37,369 nt of DNA from Silvanigrellaceae bacterium (GTDB taxonomy: Bacteria > Bdellovibrionota_B > Oligoflexia > Silvanigrellales > Silvanigrellaceae), in assembly GCA_049423385.1 (NCBI GenBank), contig JBMSQQ010000027.1, positions 1 through 37,369 on the forward strand, read 5' to 3'. Positions 19,401 through 25,115 of the stretch are shown here, in pieces (within the stretch, counting starts at the first letter, position 1; the number at the start of each line of letters is the position of its first letter). Below the pieces are notes generated by a model. That model was not told the origin of the DNA. It ran no database searches and saw only the letters and a list, made by a program, of their open reading frames with translations. The translations under genes and the position numbers were made by a program.

Positions 19401-22400
19401 ACATCAATCGCGTAGGACTGCTGGGTTTCACGGTTGAGCACAGCTGCAGTCACAAGATTTGCACCAGAAACAGCAAATTTGTCTGAATCTGTACCCGAAA
19501 GGGAATAGGTGAAGGTATTTGAAGTATCAGGATCAGCTGTTGAAAAAGCTCCGATGGTGGTGCCGATGGGGCTGTTTTCGTCGATGTTGAAATTGGAAAG
19601 GGAAATATTCGTTGGTTCCTCATTTACGTTTGTTATCGCCAACGAAAATGTCCTTGAGACAGAAAGTGTGCCTTGGTCCTGTGAGGTGACAGTGATCGAG
19701 AAGGTGTTTTGTTCTTCGTAATTCAAAGGTGAGTCTGCAATGATTGAGTTGCCGACTATTTTGAACATCCCACCATCGGTTCCGGAAAGTGTATACGAAA
19801 ATGTGTTTGACGCGTCGGGATCTGTTGTCTGGAGTGTCCCAATCACGGTTCCTGAAACGCTGTTTTCAGGGATCGAAATTCCAGAAAGCGTAATGTCGGT
19901 GGGACTTTCATTTATGTTGGTGATTTGCACCTCAAAGGATTTCGTAAAGGTGGATCCACCTTTGTCGGTTGTCGTGATGCTGAAGCTCAGGGAGTTTTTG
20001 TCTTCAAAGTTCAAAGCAGCCGATGTTTTGAGCTGATTTGATTCCACGGTGAGGGCAGCTGAATCGGGACCACCGACGCCGTAGGTGAAAGACTCTCCCT
20101 CGTCCGGATCAGTTGAGAACAGCAGGCCGATGACACTTCCAGGGGGAAGGCTTTCGGGTATCGTGGAATTTGTCAGGCTGATGTTTGTAGGCGATTCATT
20201 GACGTCCAGCACGGCGATAGTGAAGCCTTTGTTGATGGAAAGGTTTTCATCATCACTGCTTGTAATCACGATGTTGTAGATTTGCTTTGCTTCAAAGTTG
20301 AATGATTCTGTTGTCGAGAGAATGTTGCCGTTGATGGAAAACGACGCGGCGTCCTGGCCTCCCAACGAATATGTGAACGTTCCGTTCGTGTCCGGGTCGG
20401 ACGTCGAAAGATATCCAACGACAGACTGTGCCGCCGTGTTTTCTGCGATTGAATTGGATGAAAGTTGAATATTCGTGGGCGATTCATTCACATTGCGAAT
20501 AGTGACGGTCACTGTTTTTGTAAATGTCAGCAGTCCTTGGTCATATGTGGTCACATCGAAATTGAAAGTTGAGCGTTGTTCGAAATTGAACACCGTGTTT
20601 GTGATCAACGAATCGCCATTAATTGCAAACAATGGGGCGTCATTGCCAGAGATGGTGTAGGTGAAGGTGCTGTTCATGTCCTGATCGGTGCTTGTCAGGG
20701 TTCCAACAGGTGACCCGAGAGGAAGATTTTCATTTATCACGTTGTTTGACAAAGCAAGATTTGTAGGAGCTTCGTTGACATCAGCAATCGTGATTGTGAA
20801 AGGTTTTGTGAACTGAGCGCCGCTCTGGTCTGTGGTTGTGACGTTGACGAAATACAGGGTCTTTGTTTCAAAATCGAAAAGCTGGCTGGTGATGAGATTT
20901 GGTCCCGCAATTGCAAACGCCCCGGCATCTGCTCCGCTGAGCGAGTAGGTGAAGAGATTGGCATTGTCGGGGTCGCTTGTGGAAAATGCTCCCACAGGAC
21001 TTCCTGGGAGGGCATTTTCAAATAAAGTCGAGTTGGTCAAATGGATGTCGTCTGGCTGCTCATTGATGTCGTTGATGTTGATTTGAACGTTGACTATATA
21101 ACTCAACCCTTCCTTGTCTTGGGTCTTGAGCGCAAGACTGTAGATGGATTTGTTCTCGTGGTTGAAGAGTGCATCCGTCTTCAGGAGGTTGCCTTCAATC
21201 TTGAAATATTGGGCATCAACACCCCCCACTGTATAACTGAATTGCTCGTTCGCATCCTGGTCGGTTGTGCCTAAGATTGCCACTTCCGTTCCCACAGGCA
21301 TGTTTTCATCAACACTGCTTTTGCTGATTGTAAGGTTTGTCGGCGGCTCGTTGATGTCGGTTACCTTGATTACAAAAGTTTTGTTGAATTTCGCTCCACC
21401 CTGATCAGTGGTCGTCACGGTGATACTGTGGTTTTGCGCGGATTCATGGTTGAGAGCAACCGATGCAAAAAGCGTGTTTCCGGAAACAGTGAAAAATGCG
21501 GCGGAGCTTCCGCTCAGGGTATACGAGAATGTGTTGCCCAGGTCAGGGTCTACACTGCTGAACTGACCAACCGGTGTATTTGGGGCGTTGTTTTCGAAAA
21601 CACTGTCGTTTGAAAGAGTGATATCCCGTGGGGCATCGTTGACCGGGGTGACGCTGACCGAAAATTTCGCCACGGTGTCTATGTCTTTGTCCGTCAGGGT
21701 CAACGTGATTTCTGCCTCGCGACCTGTGTTGACACTGTTTTTGTCTTGCAATGGAGTCAGGGTCACACTGCAGTTTTTGCTGTCGGCTCCACCGATCAGA
21801 ATATTTGCGTCCGGAATCAATGCTTGATGATTGCTTTCCGCCGTCACGTCGTTGCAGGATATTTCGGAGTCAATGTCGTTGATGGTGAAGGCGATGGGTC
21901 CAAGAATGTTGTCTTCACTGACGGTTTGTGAACTGACACTTGTTTGGAATTGAGGCGCATCGTTGACTGGAAGGACAATGATTGACACAGGCACGAATTC
22001 TGAACAAAGCCCACCCTGGTCGCAGACCCTGTATGTGAATGTGTCGGTTCCATTGAAATTTCCCGCAGGGATGTATCTGACAAACCCACCTTCCATTGGA
22101 TTTCCAATCGGCGATTCCAGGGAGCCATTCGCAGCCATCGTGACTTCATAGTTGAGATTTGTTCCCGCGTCGGGATCATTTGCCAATCGTAGAGGGATAT
22201 CCAGCAGACCGTCCTCGTTCAAGGTGGCTTCCTGCCGGGAAGAGTCGATGACAGGGTTCTCATTGACGTTGCCCACAAGAATCGTGAATGATTTTTCAAA
22301 AGAGGCACCGGACTTGTCCACCACCATGAGAATGATGGAGTAGTTGCTTCTTGCTTCATGGTTGAAGGACACGTTGCTTGTCAGTTGAGTGCTGTTGCCT

Positions 22401-24910
22401 TGTGGAACCAGCGCGAAGTATTGCGCGTCGCTTCCTTTCAGTGAAAATGTATGGCTCTCCGCGGAGTCTTCGTCGGTTGCGGTAGCAAGCCCGATGAACG
22501 TCCCCACAACGTTGTTTTCCTGAATTGAGTTGGCGCTCAAGTTGATGGATGTGGGTGCTTCATTGACATTCTCGATCGAGATGGTGAACGATTTTGTGAA
22601 TTCGAGGCCATATTGGTCTGAGGTTGTTATGGCAACTTCGTAGCTGTTCCGGATTTCAAAATTGAAAATCGATTTCGACACCAACATGTTGCCGTAGATT
22701 TGGAAGGACTTTGCGTCGGGTCCTGAGAGTTTGTAGGTGAATGAACTGAATGCATCAGGGTCTGTACTGCTGATAGAACCCACCAGCGAGTTGATTGGCT
22801 TGTTTTCCTGCAGGAGAGTCGAACTCAATTGAATATCTTCCGGAGCTTCATTGACGTTCATAAGCTGGACAGTGAAATTCTTTGTGATTGAGAGCCCGCC
22901 GTTGTCTGTCGAGGTGATTTCGAAACTCAGGACAGGGTGAGTTTCAAAGTCGATTGGCTTCGAGGTTCTGAGAATGTTTCCTTGTATTGATAAAAACTCT
23001 GAATGTTGCCCTGAAATTGTGTAGGTGAAGGTGTCGGTTGGGTCTGCATCAATGGTGGACAACAAACCTATGGCAGTATTCGCCGGGCTGTTTTCATCAA
23101 CGGTGTCTGCGCTCAGTTGAATGTCTGAAGGCGTGTCATTGATTGGTTTGACGTTTATGGTCATTGTTTGAACGTCGCCACACCCCGCAGGTTGCTGGTT
23201 GTCGCATACTTTGTAGGTTATTGAATCTGTCCCAAATTCGTTGAGTCTCGATGTATAGACCACGTTTCCCTTGGCTGGGGAATTTGCAGAATTGGTGACG
23301 TTGCTCAAGCTCCCAAGTCCTGGTTGATTCAGGATGACCCAGCTGAGAGGATCTCCATCCTCATCGAAAAATTCTCCCAATATGAGAGTTGTTGGAATGT
23401 CTTCATCGACGTCTTCGACCAGATTGGCTGGTGCCAACGTTTTTGGCCATGCATTGGGAACAATCACCGGCAGGCTTGGGGCAGGCGTCGACATGAGACC
23501 AAAGCCATCCATCACTCTCACCTCGCACCAAACTTCGGAGCCGCGAGGGACAAAGGTGTTCTTGAGTGTCATCGTGGTTTCTCCGGGAACCAGCACAACA
23601 GGTGATCCTGGAGCAGCAGCGCGTGTAAACCAGGTATAAAATGATGCCCGGGTTTCTTTTGGACCCAGGATGCAGGTGGCTTCACTGTTTGGTAAAAATC
23701 CTCTTCCTGCCACAACAAGTGAAACGGTGTCTTGCATTATGGGACGATAGATTGTCTTCGAAAACGTGCTTGAACAGACGGTTTTATAGACTTTGTGGCA
23801 GAGCCTGAAGGAATACTTGTCCATAAGCTCAAAATTTTCAGCTGGACGATACGAAGGAGGGTTGCTGTTCAAATCCAGTTGTCCCGACGAAGGTTCTTTT
23901 TCAACAACGAACAACCAGGTTCCCAGACTTCCGTTGTAGTAGCCATCGAGTGGATTCAAATTTGGAACTTCGGTTGGGATTATGTTCTCTGAAGTGACTG
24001 AGACAACCATGTCGGTCGGCGTTTGTTTTGTGGTTTGCAGAAGTGACACCGCCCAATCTTCTGCTGCATCCACGACGCCCGCTTTGTCTATCTTTCCTTC
24101 GTCGAGTGCTCCGGTCAGGAGTTTCGCCATTGAAACGGCCTGAAGTGCAACGTTCAGAGCCACCTTCTCAAGCATCTTTGTTTCAATCGGGCCACTTTTC
24201 TCGATTTCGGCTGCTGCTGAACGGGCCACGGGGACAACAACGGTGAAGACGTCGATGCTTACGGACTTGACGATGTCCTCGAATTTGTTTGAAAGCTCTT
24301 TTTGAACCTCGTTGACGCTCGCCGCCATACCGAGTTCCAAACCAGCACCGCGGGCTGCGGTGGAAAGGATCTCAATCGAGTTTTCCAGTTTTTCGAGACT
24401 GGTCTTGGAGACAACTGAATCAAGTTCAAGCGGCTGCAATGCCAAGGAAGCCCCCTGGACTTGACTGCGGCTCAATTTGCCCATCAGTTCCGGACCGTAG
24501 AAAGTCGCAAGCTCGCGGATGTTCCGCAATCTCTTCCAGAAGCGGGATGCGTCCTGCTTTTGCACTGGCAAGAGAACAAGGCTCAACTGCAATCCAGACA
24601 AAGCGATTCTGGCCTTGTTCTCGATGATGTCCTTGCGGTCGTTGACGTCTGAAAGAAGCTTTTCCATCTCCGACATTTCGGAAGGCGTCAGACGTCGGCT
24701 CACGCTGGAGTAGACCGCCTGTATTTCCGGAACTTCGGATGCGTACCTGTCAAGAATCGACGAAGAGGGCAAGTTGCTGGCAGGACGTTTGCGCGCGGCG
24801 CCTTGTTGTTGGGTAGGCAATCCATTGCAGGCAACGAGCAGCAGGACCGGCAGCATTCTTGGAATGAACCACCGGTTGATCAGCTTTACAATTGCTTGCA
24901 AAGCTCCCAT
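10436..24910 (-). CDS. Giant surface lipoprotein adhesin with cadherin-like and Ig-like repeats (~4824 aa; ~4992 aa if the TAG is read through)
   Basis: ATG 24910 after GGAG; lipobox LLLVAC; ~300 aa helical N-domain; 32 cadherin-like repeats (EN...DxD...(F/L)(N/D)(F/Y/H)E...D-x-GG...N(V/I)NExP); six Big_9/tandem-95-like units; about five Cys-containing Ig-like units (W-x-x-D...P); start of LamG. Confidence 0.92.
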   Translation of the reverse strand: MGALQAIVKLINRWFIPRMLPVLLLVACNGLPTQQQGAARKRPASNLPSSSILDRYASEVPEIQAVYSSVSRRLTPSEMSEMEKLLSDVNDRKDIIENKARIALSGLQLSLVLLPVQKQDASRFWKRLRNIRELATFYGPELMGKLSRSQVQGASLALQPLELDSVVSKTSLEKLENSIEILSTAARGAGLELGMAASVNEVQKELSNKFEDIVKSVSIDVFTVVVPVARSAAAEIEKSGPIETKMLEKVALNVALQAVSMAKLLTGALDEGKIDKAGVVDAAEDWAVSLLQTTKQTPTDMVVSVTSENIIPTEVPNLNPLDGYYNGSLGTWLFVVEKEPSSGQLDLNSNPPSYRPAENFELMDKYSFRLCHKVYKTVCSSTFSKTIYRPIMQDTVSLVVAGRGFLPNSEATCILGPKETRASFYTWFTRAAAPGSPVVLVPGETTMTLKNTFVPRGSEVWCEVRVMDGFGLMSTPAPSLPVIVPNAWPKTLAPANLVEDVDEDIPTTLILGEFFDEDGDPLSWVILNQPGLGSLSNVTNSANSPAKGNVVYTSRLNEFGTDSITYKVCDNQQPAGCGDVQTMTINVKPINDTPSDIQLSADTVDENSPANTAIGLLSTIDADPTDTFTYTISGQHSEFLSIQGNILRTSKPIDFETHPVLSFEITSTDNGGLSITKNFTVQLMNVNEAPEDIQLSSTLLQENKPINSLVGSISSTDPDAFSSFTYKLSGPDAKSFQIYGNMLVSKSIFNFEIRNSYEVAITTSDQYGLEFTKSFTISIENVNEAPTSINLSANSIQENNVVGTFIGLATATDEDSAESHTFSLKGSDAQYFALVPQGNSTQLTSNVSFNHEARSNYSIILMVVDKSGASFEKSFTILVGNVNENPVIDSSRQEATLNEDGLLDIPLRLANDPDAGTNLNYEVTMAANGSLESPIGNPMEGGFVRYIPAGNFNGTDTFTYRVCDQGGLCSEFVPVSIIVLPVNDAPQFQTSVSSQTVSEDNILGPIAFTINDIDSEISCNDVTAESNHQALIPDANILIGGADSKNCSVTLTPLQDKNSVNTGREAEITLTLTDKDIDTVAKFSVSVTPVNDAPRDITLSNDSVFENNAPNTPVGQFSSVDPDLGNTFSYTLSGSSAAFFTVSGNTLFASVALNHESAQNHSITVTTTDQGGAKFNKTFVIKVTDINEPPTNLTISKSSVDENMPVGTEVAILGTTDQDANEQFSYTVGGVDAQYFKIEGNLLKTDALFNHENKSIYSLALKTQDKEGLSYIVNVQININDINEQPDDIHLTNSTLFENALPGSPVGAFSTSDPDNANLFTYSLSGADAGAFAIAGPNLITSQLFDFETKTLYFVNVTTTDQSGAQFTKPFTITIADVNEAPTNLALSNNVINENLPLGSPVGTLTSTDQDMNSTFTYTISGNDAPLFAINGDSLITNTVFNFEQRSTFNFDVTTYDQGLLTFTKTVTVTIRNVNESPTNIQLSSNSIAENTAAQSVVGYLSTSDPDTNGTFTYSLGGQDAASFSINGNILSTTESFNFEAKQIYNIVITSSDDENLSINKGFTIAVLDVNESPTNISLTNSTIPESLPPGSVIGLLFSTDPDEGESFTYGVGGPDSAALTVESNQLKTSAALNFEDKNSLSFSITTTDKGGSTFTKSFEVQITNINESPTDITLSGISIPENSVSGTVIGTLQTTDPDASNTFSYTLSGTDGGMFKIVGNSIIADSPLNYEEQNTFSITVTSQDQGTLSVSRTFSLAITNVNEEPTNISLSNFNIDENSPIGTTIGAFSTADPDTSNTFTYSLSGTDSDKFAVSGANLVTAAVLNRETQQSYAIDVTVTDQGGLSYSKAFTISVNDINEPPHNILMSANTVPESVAVGTIVATISAEDQDLSNTFTFALSGSDASAFEVDGPFLKTKEAFNFEVKPFFMFTLTATDQGGASFSKPFVVNILDQNEPPVDLALSNAIIPENSSTGSFIGSISVIDPDAVDTFTFSLGGPDANRFTVTGNSISTAEVFDYESKSSYILSVTVQDKGGLAFSKNFQINIMNVNESPSNILLSSNSIEENKPSGTMVATLSTTDVDAANLFVYGLSGPDAGAFSIAGNSLLSSVAFNFEIKASYSIRLTTTDQDGLSFAKDFTISVLNVNETPTDISLSTSAVTENSPVGTSVGSFSTSDPDFSGTFTYTLSGPDASAFVVSGNTLATAQTFNFEEKNSFNLTVQSSDQGGLTTSKNIVITILDANESPIDITLANASIPENQSSGALIGGLSTTDPDGGNTFTYSLSGPDAGSFTILGSLLKSNSSFDFESKNNYNISVTSTDNQGATFTKSFIIAVTDVNESPIDILFSGSTISENNNIGAAVGLFTAVDPDALNTFSWSLSGTDASAFNLSGNSLTAGISFNYESKSSFSFTITAQDQNGLSFSKNFSVAVMNMNEAPININITNATVAENQPVGTIVGTLSTDDPDTGNTFTYILGGADATSFSIVGNTLRTSASFNYEAVQSYSVTITTKDQGNLQFIKAFTINGQNVNESPIDVVLSANSIPENNALSAVVADLTTIDPDANNTFSYSVSGIDATSFSISGNQLLAAVSFNHEIKSTYVINVTTQDQGGLTYSKNVTINISNVNEYPVDISSTSLNINENLAPGTAIGNLSTSDPDAANTFVYSLGGTNAAAFSISGNTLYSAQSFNFESKANYSITITTQDQGGLAFTKSFVINVNDINETPSDITISNSSIAENVGNSTLVGTLTTTDQDAASNFTYTLSGTDAEAFSISGNTLVTSAPLNFETKFSYSFDIISTDQGGLSVSKPFIVVVTNVNEAPDNISISNTSVNENNIPGSLVATFTTSDVDASNTFTYALSGADAASFNLSGANLLAAQSFNFEAKSSYTFAVTSTDQDGLSHTKNFTINVNDINEAPTDIALSATSLQENQATGTVVGILTSTDQDTLNTFTYSVGGTDSGSFAISGNSLVTTASFNYETKTSYSISITTQDQNNLSFTKAFVISVTNVNEAPTDLSLSSTSIAENNLIGATVATLSTSDVDAGSTFTYSLSGSDASAFSISGNTLLASTSFNFENKSSYSLNVTTQDQGGLAFSKTVVVVVTNVNETPTDIAITANSISENQPVGTAVGSLTTSDPDAANTFTYSVGGTDAASFAISGSSLVTAAPINFESKTSYSISITSTDQGGLAIVKAFTVNVTNVNEAPTNITLSASSIPENNAVGAIIATLNTSDPDAASTFAYTLAGSDASSFSINGASLQAAVAFNYETKASYSFDLITTDQGGLSFTKAVTIAITNVNETPTNITLSASSINENMSIGSVVGALSTTDPDASNTFTYSLGGTDAAAFAISTSNLTTAVSLNYEAKSSYSITITTTDQGGIAYTKSFTVSINDLNEAPTNITLSNSTIDENLPSGSVVGTLTTTDPDSGNTFTYSVSGADAASFSISSGMLVTNSAFDFETKNSYSVTIASNDQGSLSTNKSFIISVSNVNEAPNNITLSATSIAENNVIGATVATLATTDVDASNTFTYALSGTDAAAFTLSGSTLSAAAAFNFESKASYSIILTTTDQGGLNFQKAFTISITNMNETPTDISLSSASVAENSAAVTTVGTFSTTDPDAGNTFTYTLAGTDAASFSLIGNTLSTASSFNYESKSSYSISITTRDQGNLQFTKTFIISITNVNEAPTNITLSTSSITENNAVNAAVATISTTDPDASSTFTYAVSGTDASSFTISGNSLLAAVSFNFEAKSTYNITLTTTDQGTLQFSKGFTITVVNANDAPTSIALSAASISENNALNAFVGTISGVDPDAVDTMTFSISGGTDAASFNVSGTNLRASSVFDFETKNSYSVTLRATDAAGATFDSTFTIAITNVNEAPVMAGGDTSKITSEDTGVSILLASGTDPDAGNTLSYLIVNPSNGTLGAPTANPSVGGSITYTPNLNFNGSDSFSYSVCDNATPSLCSTSRTVTLSITAVNDAPTITAIANQTISEDGNTGALAFTVADIDSSVNCSQVTASSSITTLIPNANLVIAGGTGTSCTITATPAANRNNVTDPGTETITLSLTDSSSATTNRNFTVTVNPVNDAPTMNAINAQSVNMNTNLAVSFVVGDIDGALACSSTYLSYSSSTPSIVAASGAVVWSGTWPNCVGTVTPVSGAFGAVNLTFQVTDAGPLSASRIFQLTVNDTRAATAPTISGAASVTSNVTNFVLNGTCTAGYTVDVSGDVSLSDMVSPFQSLTQSCPSNGNYSFTIAKSLDGQYIFRVAQTNPFNPVQSPSVSKLWTRDTVAPAEIVLSSPIENPTNSRSGTFTFMGSCEASATVNLSATAIPSSIVVSPLSTTCSSSGLFSFSQSLGADGNAASDGTYNYTLSQTDAAANTSASLSFVWVKDSAIPTTPVISTPTRNAQGIYYTNNSTSTTYPNVSVTCTTGNDVTIVENGAELITGTCSSSAYAYPVSARTDGTYIYSIYQTDTTLGKSSAVASFTWIRDILAPALPVFTNPSTSSITSPNSLYVNGTCETNATVSILVGGVADSSITCIAGAFAATVSRSVAGTYSITARQTDPAGNVSATSVAKSWTQDPNSVPIPTVTFPSTGTITNNASSLNILGVCQPTYPITIAAGSGTTLTSGEITNPPGAFVQNCAADGTFAFTIAKSNDATFNFNITQQIVSGGTSSVSAPVSWTRDTVAPTVTLSASSANPYSANAYFTFTASETVTGYQCSTDNLNYSSCTTPYSLALATSTDPTAANGIAKTLYVRATDTAQNTGASTSATWTPTVNFASLLYHFDNNGTNSSLYNATVPSNITTTGASFVAANAGFGTNAL
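13280..21637 (-). repeat. Array of 29 cadherin-like repeats in a 288-bp (96 aa) register
   Basis: N(E/D)xP acidic codons at 13571, 13859, 14147, 14435, 14723, 15011, 15299 ... 21635; 21635-13571 = 28 x 288. The last unit is 291 bp (13280). Confidence 0.92.
22259..23137 (-). repeat. Proximal block of 3 cadherin-like repeats
   Basis: Junction codons at 23135, 22847, 22559 (288 apart) and 22259 (300). Confidence 0.85.
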
Positions 24911-25115
24911 GCGTGTCTCCAATTGCACCCGCAATGTTCTGGAACGTGTTACGTTAACCAACGCACTGCGAATTTCTGTTCCAGTCAGCAATCCGATGCA
25001 CACCTTTTGGTGAATTCCATCTCCACCGTAGAGTGGGATCGGAGCACTCTAACCCTATGAGACATCATCGGTTTTAAAGTGACTTTTATGACCGGTTTTT
25101 AGCGAGAAAGGGTCA

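Noticed and set aside
13280..23137. CRISPR-like or non-coding repeat array
   Set aside because: The periodicity is protein-level (96 aa), with no identical DNA repeats or spacers.
12261..23639. Many short periodic + strand ORFs over the adhesin
   Set aside because: Antisense shadows of the 288-bp coding repeats, with no RBS or independent motifs.
24911..25003. Upstream GTG start at 25003 for the giant ORF
   Set aside because: ATG 24910 has a GGAG RBS and places the lipobox at a normal signal-peptide distance.
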